Translations under genes and position numbers: made by a program
Notes under the pieces: generated by a model
The model's input: the letters and a program-made list of their open reading frames with translations, nothing else
Database searches by the model: none
What the model was told of the DNA's origin: nothing
Assembly: GCA_030726065.1 (NCBI GenBank)
Contig: JANREK010000006.1
Location: 46,002 to 110,001 of the forward strand
Direction: 5' to 3'
Length of the DNA stretch: 64,000 nucleotides
DNA from: Sediminibacterium sp.
GTDB lineage: Bacteria > Bacteroidota > Bacteroidia > Chitinophagales > Chitinophagaceae
Part shown: in pieces, positions 29,978-41,057 of the stretch
Position numbering within the stretch: position 1 is the first letter of the stretch
How the letters are laid out: each line of letters opens with the position of its first letter

Positions 29978-31462
29978 ATGCCAAAATATATCTTATCCTT
30001 TGATCAAGGAACGACAAGTAGTCGCGCTATTTTATTTGATCATCAAGGAAAAATTCACGCAACCTCTCAAAAAGAATTTACGCAAATTTTTCCTAAAGCG
30101 GGTTGGGTAGAACATGACCCACTTGAAATTTGGAGTACACAAATGGGGGTAGCCACTGAGGCGATTAGCATGAAGGGATTGTCCATTGACGATGTTGCTG
30201 CTATTGGAATTACCAATCAAAGAGAAACCACCGTTGTTTGGAATAAAATCACAGGGGTGCCTATTTATAATGCCATTGTTTGGCAGGATAGAAGGACTGC
30301 GGATTTTTGCGATACCTTAAAAGCAAAAGGACTTGCACAAAAAATTCAAGAAAAAACAGGCCTCGTGATTGATGCTTATTTTTCGGGTTCAAAAGTAAAA
30401 TGGATTTTAGATCATGTAGCAGGCGCGCGCGAATTAGCCAATAAAGGGAAATTAATTTTTGGGACGATTGATACCTGGTTGGTTTGGAAATTAACCAACG
30501 GCAAGGCACATGTAACTGATGTGACCAATGCATCTCGAACCATGTTATTTAATATTCATACCCTACAATGGGATAAGGAACTATTAGAAATATTAGATGT
30601 GCCAGCTGCGATGCTGCCTGAAGTAAAAAGTAGTAGTGAAATTTATGGACATACCACGCAATTATTTGCACATCATGAAATACCGATTGCTGGAATTGCC
30701 GGTGACCAACAAGCTGCATTATTTGGTCAAATGTGTACGCAAGCGGGAATGGTGAAAAATACTTATGGTACGGGTTGTTTTATGTTAATGCATACAGGTG
30801 AAAAAGCGGTGACCTCAAAAAATAATTTATTAACCACCATTGCTTTACAAATTAATGGACATACTTATTATGCATTGGAAGGAAGTGTATTTATTGGAGG
30901 TGCTGTGGTACAATGGTTAAGAGATGGACTGCACTTAATTCGAAATTCATCAGAGATTGAAGCATTGGCAAGTCAAGTAAAAGACACGGATGGCGTATAT
31001 CTAGTACCTGCATTTGCAGGATTAGGCGCGCCTTATTGGAACCAACATGCTCGAGGTACCATTGTTGGAATCACGCGCGGCACTTCGTCGGCACATATTG
31101 CGCGCGCCGCACTCGAAAGTATTGCATTCCAAAGTTATGATTTGTTAAAAGCCATGGAAGCAGATGCTGGAATCCCCATTGCGGAATTACGTGTGGATGG
31201 CGGTGCTACACATAATAACTTACTCATGCAATTTCAATCTGATATTGTAAATACCAAAGTGATTCGTCCTACTATGGTTGAATCAACAGCATTAGGCGCC
31301 GCTTATTTGGCAGGGTTGGCGGTAGGTTTTTGGAAGGACCTGGAAGAATTGCGCGCTAAGTGGCAAATTGATCAAACCTTTGAGCCGAAAGTAAATGAAG
31401 CAGAAAGATCGGATTGTATTCAAGGTTGGACGCGTGCGATTAAAGCAACTAATCATTGGTAA
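29978..31462 (+). CDS. glpK: glycerol kinase
   Basis: 494 aa. It has [22 protein letters not shown] and [17 protein letters not shown]-family motifs. Confidence 0.96.
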   Translation: MPKYILSFDQGTTSSRAILFDHQGKIHATSQKEFTQIFPKAGWVEHDPLEIWSTQMGVATEAISMKGLSIDDVAAIGITNQRETTVVWNKITGVPIYNAIVWQDRRTADFCDTLKAKGLAQKIQEKTGLVIDAYFSGSKVKWILDHVAGARELANKGKLIFGTIDTWLVWKLTNGKAHVTDVTNASRTMLFNIHTLQWDKELLEILDVPAAMLPEVKSSSEIYGHTTQLFAHHEIPIAGIAGDQQAALFGQMCTQAGMVKNTYGTGCFMLMHTGEKAVTSKNNLLTTIALQINGHTYYALEGSVFIGGAVVQWLRDGLHLIRNSSEIEALASQVKDTDGVYLVPAFAGLGAPYWNQHARGTIVGITRGTSSAHIARAALESIAFQSYDLLKAMEADAGIPIAELRVDGGATHNNLLMQFQSDIVNTKVIRPTMVESTALGAAYLAGLAVGFWKDLEELRAKWQIDQTFEPKVNEAERSDCIQGWTRAIKATNHW

Positions 31463-31581
31463 AATTTATTGTAATAAATACTTGTAAATAAATGCGTGTT
31501 TAATTGTAATTTTTAAATAAATATTTTTAACGCTCATTTTTTCTTAATTTAATATATCGTTTACAACTAAAATAGAACATC

Positions 31582-32292
31582 ATGACTCCTTTCGCAGCTG
31601 AATTTTTAGGAACAGCCCTTGTCATCACTATTGGTAATGGGGTTGTTGCCAATGTTGTACTTCCCAATACAAAGGGAAATAATGGCGGACTTATTTCCAT
31701 TGTTTTCGGATGGATGATTGCTGTTTTTATAGGGGTGTATGTTACTGCTAGTATTAGTGGGGCGCATTTAAATCCTGCAGTAACTATTGCACTTGCGAGC
31801 GCAGGTAAATTTAGTTGGGCCTTAGTACCTTCATATATTTTAGCCCAATTATTGGGAGCGATGTTAGGCGCTTTGGTCGTTTGGATGGTATATAAAGATC
31901 ATTTTATGGAGTGTAATGATGCATCAGCTAAATTAGCAGTTTTTAGTACCGGTCCTTCAATTCGTAATTTGCCCCAAAACTTCATAACGGAAACCTTGGC
32001 AACCATGCTATTTTTAATAGGGATCTTTTTCCTAAAATCAGCTGGATCCGATTTGGGGTCATTATCTGCATTGCCAGTAGCCCTATTAGTGGGTGGAATT
32101 GGCTTTGGATTGGGTGGACCCACAGGCTGGGCCATTAATCCAGCGAGAGATTTGGGGCCTAGAATCATGCATTTTATCCTGCCAATTAAGGGGAAAGGCA
32201 GCAGTGATTGGGGGTATGCGGCAGTTCCAGTATTTGGACCCATTATTGGTGGAATTTTAGCTGCGATTATCTACCTACAATTTTTGCAATAA
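31582..32292 (+). CDS. glpF: aquaglyceroporin (MIP family glycerol facilitator)
   Basis: 236 aa. It has two NPA boxes (SGAHLNPAVT, WAINPARD) and six hydrophobic helices. It lies downstream of glpK. Confidence 0.9.
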   Translation: MTPFAAEFLGTALVITIGNGVVANVVLPNTKGNNGGLISIVFGWMIAVFIGVYVTASISGAHLNPAVTIALASAGKFSWALVPSYILAQLLGAMLGALVVWMVYKDHFMECNDASAKLAVFSTGPSIRNLPQNFITETLATMLFLIGIFFLKSAGSDLGSLSALPVALLVGGIGFGLGGPTGWAINPARDLGPRIMHFILPIKGKGSSDWGYAAVPVFGPIIGGILAAIIYLQFLQ

Positions 32293-32313
32293 TCTTGCAA
32301 TACCTTATCTTTG
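32283..32313 (+). promoter_or_regulatory. consensus Bacteroidota promoter TTTG-N19-TATCTTTG for atpDC
   Basis: TTTG at 32283-32286, a 19-nt spacer, TATCTTTG at 32306-32313, and the ATG at 32332. The -33 element overlaps the end of glpF. Confidence 0.55.
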
Positions 32314-32325
32314 CAGCCGAAATAG

Positions 32326-33831
<1,506 letters not shown>

Positions 33832-33861
33832 TTAACAAATTCGAACATTTAAACTGCGCAC

Positions 33862-34107
33862 ATGTTATTGGAAATATTAACACCCGACAAAAAGTTATTT
33901 AGTGGAGAAGTATTTGGGGTGCAATTGCCAGGTATTGATGGTTTATTTGAAATTTTGAATAAGCACGCTCCGTTGGTGAGTGCCTTAGGCAAGGGTCAAG
34001 TAAAGGTATTAATGACTGCTACTAAAACGGAAGCATACACCATCAAGAGTGGATTTGTGGAAGTGGCGAATAATAAAACAACCATATTGGTTGAAGGCGT
34101 TTTGTAA
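33862..34107 (+). CDS. atpC: F0F1 ATP synthase subunit epsilon (short form)
   Basis: 81 aa. It has the beta-sandwich N-terminal domain pattern (LEILTPDKKLFSGEV..VQLPGIDGLFEIL..HAPL). It lies directly after atpD. Confidence 0.85.
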   Translation: MLLEILTPDKKLFSGEVFGVQLPGIDGLFEILNKHAPLVSALGKGQVKVLMTATKTEAYTIKSGFVEVANNKTTILVEGVL

Positions 34108-34140
34108 TGATACAATAACAAAATATTATAAAATATTTGA

Positions 34141-34170
34141 ATCCCTCCCGACTTATCTGGAGGGATTTTT
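34141..34170 (+). terminator. intrinsic terminator after atpC
   Basis: Stem ATCCCTCC / GGAGGGAT (34141-34148 / 34159-34166) followed by TTTTTATTT. Confidence 0.7.
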
Positions 34171-34230
34171 ATTTATATTCACATAACGTAAAAAAGTAGG
34201 TAAAAAAGTAATTTTTCGCATTTCCTGTTT

Positions 34231-35547
34231 ATGAAAAAAACATTCCCATTTATTATTGTTTTAATCACTTTATCCATCATTGGGATATTGTTCATCCAAA
34301 TTACTTGGTTGCAGGGTTTGTTTTTATTACAAAGGAATCAGTTGTCTGAAAAGATTAACCAAACAGGTTTATTAGTCGTGACGGATATCGGAAAAAAAAT
34401 GAATAGCGGATTGTCATTTCGATTGCCAAAAAGGGGGCGATTAAGTTTAGAGAGTGATTTTCATTTATATAAGTTTGATGAGTCAACGATTGCAGATATT
34501 TATGATTATAAAGAATTAAAGGAAAAGATAAAGTCGGCGCTTGATAAATTTGAAATAGGCGACTTGCATTTTGAATTTGCGGTGGCAGATAAAAAAAGCA
34601 TACTCGAATTAAGGAGTAATAATTTTGATGATTCTTTTACGGAAGATTTAAATAGCTTACAAGTTCGAGTACCAGTGATGCCGCAGGATGTCATTGAACC
34701 CGTGGGGCCCTTTGAATCGTTAATCATTGTTATTCCTGATGTAAGATTGTATTTACTAAATTCATTGAAGTGGATTATTTTTGGGGCGATACTTTTTATT
34801 ATAGTAGTATTAGCGGCGTTTTTTATTACCATTCGCTCCTTATTGAATCAGCGTAAGGTGAATGAAATCAAGAATGATTTTATTAATAACATGACGCATG
34901 AATTAAAAACGCCTTTAGCAACAATTTCATTGGCGGTGGATGCTTTAAAAACCGCAAAAGTGCAGTCGGATCCAACTTCGGTAGCCTATTTTAGTAATAT
35001 TATTAAGGAGGAAAATGTACGGATGAATAAACATGTGGAGACTATTTTAGAAACCGGGCAGCTTGAAAATAAGGACCTAGAATTAAACAGGCAGCCTGTT
35101 AATGTACATGACTTAATTCAGGCAGTGGTGGATAGTTATAAATTACAATTAGAAGAGAAACCTTCTAATATTCATATGCAACTGAAGGCACCGAAGCCCG
35201 AAATTAATGCTGATGAAGAACACTTATTACATGTAATCTCTAACTTGATGGATAATGCAATTAAATATTCAAAGAATACGATTGATATTTTAGTAAGTAC
35301 TGCCAATGTGAATAATAAAATCATCATTACCGTCGAGGATAATGGGATAGGGATGACCAATGAAACGAAAAAGCATATTTTTGAAAAATTCTATCGCGCC
35401 CATTCCGGTAATATTCACAATGTAAAGGGTTTTGGATTAGGTATGAGTTATGTAAAACGTATAGTCGCCTTACATAAAGGGCAGATCCGCGTTCATAGCG
35501 AGTTGGACCATGGCACCACTATTGAAATTACGCTTCCCATTGCTTAA
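34231..35547 (+). CDS. two-component sensor histidine kinase (no adjacent response regulator)
   Basis: 438 aa. It has two transmembrane segments flanking an extracytoplasmic domain of about 150 aa, the H-box NMTHELKTPLATI, and N/G boxes (DNAIKYS, DNGIGM, GFGLGMS). Confidence 0.85.
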   Translation: MKKTFPFIIVLITLSIIGILFIQITWLQGLFLLQRNQLSEKINQTGLLVVTDIGKKMNSGLSFRLPKRGRLSLESDFHLYKFDESTIADIYDYKELKEKIKSALDKFEIGDLHFEFAVADKKSILELRSNNFDDSFTEDLNSLQVRVPVMPQDVIEPVGPFESLIIVIPDVRLYLLNSLKWIIFGAILFIIVVLAAFFITIRSLLNQRKVNEIKNDFINNMTHELKTPLATISLAVDALKTAKVQSDPTSVAYFSNIIKEENVRMNKHVETILETGQLENKDLELNRQPVNVHDLIQAVVDSYKLQLEEKPSNIHMQLKAPKPEINADEEHLLHVISNLMDNAIKYSKNTIDILVSTANVNNKIIITVEDNGIGMTNETKKHIFEKFYRAHSGNIHNVKGFGLGMSYVKRIVALHKGQIRVHSELDHGTTIEITLPIA

Positions 35548-35577
35548 TTTGTAGTAATTTAATTAGGATATCCCGAC

Positions 35578-36903
35578 TTAATCATTGGATGCTTGAATAG
35601 TATCTGGGATCCAAAATAAACACCCATCTCCGTAGCTTAAAAATCGGTATTGATGGCCCAAGGCGTGTTGGTAAATGGTTTTCCATTCGGATCCTACGAT
35701 TGCAGCAATAATTAAAAGCAAGGTTGATTTGGGTTGGTGAAAATTGGTAACCAGTCCCTTCACCATTCTAAAACGATAGCCTGGCATAATCATTAATTGT
35801 GTTTTAGAAATTAGGGTTTGCAATTGATTCCTTTCCATCCAGTTGACAATTGTATGGAGTGCTTCTAGTTTCGGTATTTCTTTTTCATCCACTTCATAAG
35901 CATCCCATTGCAGCAAGTGTAAATCGGTGGCTATTATTTTTGGATTCGCAATAATTTTGATACCTAACCAATACAAACTTTCAATCGTTCTAAGTGAAGT
36001 AGTGCCTACTGCAATTAGCCGGTTATTATTTTCAATTAAGTAATGAATTAATTTTTTTTCAATTTCAAAAAACTCCGCATGCATGGGATGGTCATTAATG
36101 ATCTCAGTTTTCACGGGCAGGAATGTGCCTGCGCCAACATGTAGGGTTAAAAACTGAAGCGCAATATTATTTGATGAAATTTTATTTAATAGTTCCTGAC
36201 TAAAGTGCAAGCCTGCAGTAGGTGCTGCAACAGATCCTTCTTCACTGGCATAGGTAGTTTGGTATCTATCCTTATCTTCGGCTGTCGTATTTCTTACAAT
36301 ATAAGGGGGGAGCGGAATTTGACCAATCAATGCTAAAATTTCAGAGAATATAATAGTCGTATCGTCCCAGGAAAACTCAATTAAAAATTTTCCATCTATT
36401 TGATTTAATTTTTTTGCAAAAAAATGAATCTCTTTATTATTATGAAATAATATTTTTTCAAGAAAGGGCGTTTTCCATTTTTTAGCACCGCCTACTAAAC
36501 AGTTCCATGCTACTTTGTTCGTTGCTTGCATGGCTATTTGCACAGGACTATATTCCATACTTGGTTCCAAACAAAATATTTCAATTACACTACTTTTAGT
36601 TAGTTGTGCGTTTTCTTCTTGATGTGAATTAATTTTATTTTGAACTGATGGTGTTTCATCATTTTCAACTGCCTGTTTGTCAAATAATATTCTTGCAGCA
36701 ATTACTTTACTATTATTAAATAGGAGTGTACTATGTGCAGGTATAAAATCGGTTATATTTTGATATTGGCTATCTGCAATGATCTGTTTATCCCATACCA
36801 GTAGTTTACTATCAGCTCTATTTTGGCAAGGGGTATAGGCTATTCTTTCATTAGGTAACTCGTAGTCAAAGTCAATTAAGTTCAGTTTTGGTAGCTGCTT
36901 CAT
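35578..36903 (-). CDS. queA: S-adenosylmethionine:tRNA ribosyltransferase-isomerase
   Basis: It has FDYELPNERIA, VAAPTAGLHF, GTTSLRTIES and TNFHQPKSTLL motifs. I prefer the ATG at 36903 (MKQLPKLNL...). The track's start at 36918 lies inside the putative -7 box. Confidence 0.9.
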   Translation of the reverse strand: MKQLPKLNLIDFDYELPNERIAYTPCQNRADSKLLVWDKQIIADSQYQNITDFIPAHSTLLFNNSKVIAARILFDKQAVENDETPSVQNKINSHQEENAQLTKSSVIEIFCLEPSMEYSPVQIAMQATNKVAWNCLVGGAKKWKTPFLEKILFHNNKEIHFFAKKLNQIDGKFLIEFSWDDTTIIFSEILALIGQIPLPPYIVRNTTAEDKDRYQTTYASEEGSVAAPTAGLHFSQELLNKISSNNIALQFLTLHVGAGTFLPVKTEIINDHPMHAEFFEIEKKLIHYLIENNNRLIAVGTTSLRTIESLYWLGIKIIANPKIIATDLHLLQWDAYEVDEKEIPKLEALHTIVNWMERNQLQTLISKTQLMIMPGYRFRMVKGLVTNFHQPKSTLLLIIAAIVGSEWKTIYQHALGHQYRFLSYGDGCLFWIPDTIQASND

Positions 36904-36907
36904 GATG

Positions 36908-36915
36908 CAAAGGTA
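36908..36915 (-). promoter_or_regulatory. -7 box TACCTTTG, 4 nt upstream of the queA ATG
   Basis: The minus strand reads TACCTTTG-CATC-ATG (ATG at 36903). Confidence 0.4.
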
Positions 36916-37063
36916 CATATTGCCTTGATTTTCACCCTAATTCACGAGTTATTAACCTCTTTTTTAGGGTTTTCCACAGCTATAAACATCCAATTATTTA
37001 GAATTTAGCCAAAATTCATTCAAATCCCTTTACTGTATTGATTATCAGCTTGGTTTATTACTT

Positions 37064-37132
37064 GTGGAAAACTAGAAGGGGTCATTTGGCTTTTAAAAGT
37101 GGTAAAATGTGTTAATTTGTGTGAACAAGTGG
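37064..37132 (+). promoter_or_regulatory. candidate MraZ operator: phased GTG[GT] direct repeats in the dcw promoter region
   Basis: GTGG is at 37099 and 37129, with GTGT at 37109 and 37119, giving exact 10-bp phasing (contexts AAAGTGG, AATGTGT, TTTGTGT, CAAGTGG). A further GTGG lies at 37064. The array ends 24 nt before the mraZ ATG. Confidence 0.5.
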
Positions 37133-37156
37133 TAAAAAACACTTTAATTATTAACA

Positions 37157-37615
37157 ATGACAGGCTTTCACGGAGAATATCAATCAACCATCGACGCAAA
37201 AGGTCGTTTCCTGCTTCCCGGCAGCTTGAAAAAGCAGTTGGCTGAAGGAGAGACGCATTTTATTGTGAGCAGGGGGTTTGAGAAGTGTTTGACACTTTAT
37301 CCGATAAAAAGCTGGCAGGGTATATTAGATCGTATTAGCCAATTGAATGATTTTGATCCTAAAGTGAGACAGTTTCGTCGTCAATTTTTAGGTGGAGCAA
37401 CCGAGGTTGAATTAGATGGTGCTGGTCGTATTTTATTACCAGCTACATTAAGAGAGTTCGCTTTACCTAGAAAGGAAATTGTATTAGCAGCTGCCTTAGA
37501 TCGTTTTGAAATTTGGGATGCAAGCAAATACAAACAGCTCTTTGAAGATTTTTCTGCAGATGAATTTAGTAATCTAGCACAGGAAGTAATGGCTGGAATT
37601 AAAAAACAAGATTAA
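37157..37615 (+). CDS. mraZ: division/cell wall cluster transcriptional regulator MraZ
   Basis: 152 aa. It has two SpoVT/AbrB-like repeats, each with a DxxxR motif (IDAKGRFLLP, LDGAGRILLP). Confidence 0.93.
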   Translation: MTGFHGEYQSTIDAKGRFLLPGSLKKQLAEGETHFIVSRGFEKCLTLYPIKSWQGILDRISQLNDFDPKVRQFRRQFLGGATEVELDGAGRILLPATLREFALPRKEIVLAAALDRFEIWDASKYKQLFEDFSADEFSNLAQEVMAGIKKQD

Positions 37616-37621
37616 GTAACC

Positions 37622-38575
37622 ATGATGCAAAATCAAAACAATGATATAGTTGCATCGGAACAAGTTGCTTTTTCTTCTGATTATCATGTTCCTGTTTTAT
37701 TTAATGAAACAATGGCGCATTTGAACATCAAACCTAATGGGGTTTATGTGGATGCCACTTTTGGCGGGGGCGGTCATAGCAGAGGTATTTTATCAAAATT
37801 AGGTCCAACAGGAAAACTGGTTGCCTTTGATCAAGATGCCGATGCAAAAAACAACATACCCAACGACAAACGTATTGTTTTCATTCCTGAAAATTTCAGA
37901 TACCTACAACGATTTTTACGCTTAAATAAAATTAATCAAGTAGATGGTATTTTAGCTGATTTAGGGGTGAGTAGCCATCAATTTGATGAAGGAACAAGGG
38001 GTTTTTCAACAAGGTTTGATGGTCCATTTGATATGCGGATGGATCAACGCCAGCTAAAAACCGCAAAGCAGGTAATTGAAAGCTATGATGAATCTGCATT
38101 ACATAAAATGTTTGAACAATATGGGGAAGTGTCTAATTCAAAAACATTGGCGAAACATATTGTTACGAGCAGAACGCATGTAAAACTGAATACCGTTGCC
38201 GATTTCAAGTTGTTGATTGCGCCGGTAGTAAAAGGGAATCCAAATAAATATTGGGCACAAGTTTTTCAAGCGATTAGAATAGAAGTAAACGAAGAAATGG
38301 AAGCGCTTAAAGATTTATTAGCGCAACTAAAAGAGGTAGTAAAACCAGGTGGAACTGCAGTGGTAATCACCTTTCATTCGATCGAAGACAGAATGGTGAA
38401 AAATGCATTTAGAGTGGCACCTGAGGAAGAAAATCAAGCGAATCCTTTCTTATCCGTAGAAAGGGAAAAATTTTGGAAGATCATTACAAAAAAACCTGTA
38501 GTGGCTTCTGAGAAAGAGATGAAAGAAAACAATCGAAGCAGAAGCGCAAAATTGCGCGCTGCCGAAAGATTATAA
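37622..38575 (+). CDS. rsmH: 16S rRNA (cytosine1402-N4)-methyltransferase
   Basis: 317 aa. It has HVPVL, DATFGGGGHS, ADLGVSSHQ and FHSIEDR motifs. Confidence 0.93.
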   Translation: MMQNQNNDIVASEQVAFSSDYHVPVLFNETMAHLNIKPNGVYVDATFGGGGHSRGILSKLGPTGKLVAFDQDADAKNNIPNDKRIVFIPENFRYLQRFLRLNKINQVDGILADLGVSSHQFDEGTRGFSTRFDGPFDMRMDQRQLKTAKQVIESYDESALHKMFEQYGEVSNSKTLAKHIVTSRTHVKLNTVADFKLLIAPVVKGNPNKYWAQVFQAIRIEVNEEMEALKDLLAQLKEVVKPGGTAVVITFHSIEDRMVKNAFRVAPEEENQANPFLSVEREKFWKIITKKPVVASEKEMKENNRSRSAKLRAAERL

Positions 38576-38580
38576 GTAGT

Positions 38581-38943
38581 ATGTCCGAACCCGTTAACCC
38601 AAGTCCAAAAGCTGCTTTTAAAAGCATCTTTAATTATCAATGGATAGTCATGAACATTACGTTGTTTTTGTTCCTGGCATTTTTAGCAATCCTCTACATT
38701 GCGAACGGGCATTTAACCGACAAGACCATTCGTCAAATCAATACCACACAAAAGGAGTTAAAGGAGTTGCAATTTGAATATAAAACAGTGAAGGCCGAGT
38801 TGATGCGCCGCAGTCGTACTGTTGAAATTGAAAATGAAGTGGCCCCTTTTGGTTTAGTGGTTGCTAAGGAAATGCCTATTCGTTTGGTTTTAGAAAAAAG
38901 AATTCCATCTGCCAATAATAATTTAAAAGAAGTTTCAAAATAA
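38581..38943 (+). CDS. ftsL: FtsL-like cell division protein
   Basis: 120 aa. It has a single transmembrane helix followed by a short coiled coil. The call rests on its position between rsmH and ftsI. Confidence 0.6.
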   Translation: MSEPVNPSPKAAFKSIFNYQWIVMNITLFLFLAFLAILYIANGHLTDKTIRQINTTQKELKELQFEYKTVKAELMRRSRTVEIENEVAPFGLVVAKEMPIRLVLEKRIPSANNNLKEVSK

Positions 38944-41057
38944 TGGATGTAAAACGCGACATATTATGGCGGGTATATTTAAGCTATATCTTAATTGTTA
39001 TAGTTTGTATCACCATTTTAGGTAGGGCATTTTATATTCAACAAGTAGAAGGCAAATATTGGAGAAGCTTAAGTGATAGCTTACATCAACGTATTGTGGA
39101 AATTCCAGCGGCAAGGGGAACTATTTACAGCGAGGATGGACAAATGTTAAGTACCAATATGCCTAGGTTTGATATTTACATTGACTTTAGGGTTGAGCCA
39201 TTACATGAAAAGAGCGGAAAAATATTTAGAGAAAATATTGACTCATTATCTATTTCCTTGGCCACTTTATTTAAGGATAAATCTGCCGAAGGGTATAAAA
39301 ATGAATTGACAAAAGCTTTTGAAGCAAGCGAAGGGAATTACGAGTTAAGAAAAAAGATTGACTATCGCGAATATTTAACATTGATCAAGTTTCCAATGTT
39401 CCGATTGGGTCGCTATAAGAGTGGATTGATCGCGCAGGAGAAAAATTTCAGATTAAATCCTTATGAAAATATTGGCTACCGTACCATTGGATTAGCCAGA
39501 GATGAAAATAAAGTAGGACTTGAAAAATCATACGATACCGTATTAAATGGACGCAATGGCCGTCAGTTAGTTCGTGCAATTGCAGGTGGAGTAACTGTTC
39601 CTGTGGAGGAAGGTCAATTTGAGATTGAGCCAGAAACAGGGAAAGATATTGTGAGTACCATTGATGTTTTTATCCAGGAAGTAACGGAGAATGCGTTAAT
39701 GAAGATGATGATCAAAAATGAAGCGACATCAGGTGTAGCAATGGTGATGGAAGTGAAAACAGGTAAAATTAAAGCGATTGCTAATCTTGGAAAAATAAGT
39801 GAGGGTGTATATAGAGAGGATTTGAATTATGCAATGACACCTACTGAGCCCGGATCCACTTTCAAATTAGTTACCTTATTATCAGCCTTAGAGGATGGTA
39901 AAGTTACCTTGAACTCATGTGTTAACTTAGAAGGGGGTACTTGGAATGTAGCAGGTCAAACGGTATATGATTCTGAAAAGCATGGGAAATTTGATGCATC
40001 TGTATTAGAAGCTTTTGAAGAAAGTTCCAATGTAGGTATGGCAAAAATTGCCATGGCTAATTATACCAATAATGTTGATCTATATTTTAAGCATTTAACA
40101 AAATTGCGATTGGACTCCACTTCGGGTATTGATTTAGTAGGGGAGAAGCAACCAAGAATTGTAAAACCAGGTAATAAAATTTGGGGGCCGACCACTTTGC
40201 CATGGATGGCCTTTGGTTATAATATTGAAATAGCGCCAATTCAAACTTTGAATTTGTATAATGCGATAGCAAATAATGGGGTGATGATGAAGCCTTATTT
40301 GGTGAATGCGATACAAGAAGAGGGGCGTATTTTAAAATCATTTTCACCAAAAGTATATAATGCGCAATTATGCAAGCCAACAACTATTAGAGATTTACGT
40401 ATCGCCTTGGAAGGCGTTTGTATTAATGGTACTGGAAAAAAACTATTTGCGAATAGCTTGTATAAAGTGGCTGGCAAAACAGGAACGGCTAAAGTAGCGA
40501 ATGGAAACAAGGGGTATGGCGAAGGTATTTTCCAATCTTCATTTGCAGGTTATTTTCCTGCAGACAATCCTCAATATACGATCGTAGTAATAATAAAAAA
40601 TAAGGCACATGCTGCTAATTATTATGGGGCATCTGTTGCAGGTCCAGTTTGGAAAGAAATTTCAGATCGATTGTATTCAACTTATATTCAAAATAAATTA
40701 AACATACTTCCTGCATTTAATGTAAAAGATAGTCAGCTGTTTAATTATTCGATTTCAAAAATGTCCTTACAGCAAATTGCTAAAACATTAGCTATTCCAT
40801 ATAAAGACTCTTCGAATGCTTCTGCTGATTGGATAAAATTAAATGGCATAGGTGCGAATGTTATAGGTAGACAACAAATGATTTCAGACAGTACGATGCC
40901 AGATATCAGTGGATTAAAATTACAAGATGCATTATGGTTATGTGAAAAAAGAGGCTTATTAGTGAGCTGTATTGGAAAGGGAAAAGTAGTAAAACAAAGT
41001 ATTGCACAAGGCGCTTATATTTCAAAAGGACAACAAATTCAAATTGAATTAAATTAA
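38943..41057 (+). CDS. ftsI: peptidoglycan D,D-transpeptidase FtsI (class B PBP) with a C-terminal PASTA-like extension
   Basis: 704 aa. It has an N-terminal transmembrane segment and SxxK (GSTFKL), SxN and KTG (GKTGTA) motifs. Its start overlaps the ftsL stop (TAATG). Confidence 0.9.
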   Translation: MDVKRDILWRVYLSYILIVIVCITILGRAFYIQQVEGKYWRSLSDSLHQRIVEIPAARGTIYSEDGQMLSTNMPRFDIYIDFRVEPLHEKSGKIFRENIDSLSISLATLFKDKSAEGYKNELTKAFEASEGNYELRKKIDYREYLTLIKFPMFRLGRYKSGLIAQEKNFRLNPYENIGYRTIGLARDENKVGLEKSYDTVLNGRNGRQLVRAIAGGVTVPVEEGQFEIEPETGKDIVSTIDVFIQEVTENALMKMMIKNEATSGVAMVMEVKTGKIKAIANLGKISEGVYREDLNYAMTPTEPGSTFKLVTLLSALEDGKVTLNSCVNLEGGTWNVAGQTVYDSEKHGKFDASVLEAFEESSNVGMAKIAMANYTNNVDLYFKHLTKLRLDSTSGIDLVGEKQPRIVKPGNKIWGPTTLPWMAFGYNIEIAPIQTLNLYNAIANNGVMMKPYLVNAIQEEGRILKSFSPKVYNAQLCKPTTIRDLRIALEGVCINGTGKKLFANSLYKVAGKTGTAKVANGNKGYGEGIFQSSFAGYFPADNPQYTIVVIIKNKAHAANYYGASVAGPVWKEISDRLYSTYIQNKLNILPAFNVKDSQLFNYSISKMSLQQIAKTLAIPYKDSSNASADWIKLNGIGANVIGRQQMISDSTMPDISGLKLQDALWLCEKRGLLVSCIGKGKVVKQSIAQGAYISKGQQIQIELN

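Noticed and set aside
31463-31581. TTGTAA(T/A)AAATA-like direct repeats (31469, 31482, 31504) in the glpK-glpF spacer, considered as a possible operator
   Set aside because: The spacer is extremely AT-rich, so such short repeats are expected by chance. Their spacing is irregular (13 and 22 nt).
36919-36990. Possible preQ1 riboswitch upstream of queA (AGAGGTT plus an A-rich tract, with a CCCTAA/TTAGGG hairpin)
   Set aside because: There is no P1 3' strand (CCTCT) and no pseudoknot-forming tail. The putative -7 box sits 4 nt from the ATG, which leaves no leader. queA is also not a typical preQ1-riboswitch target.
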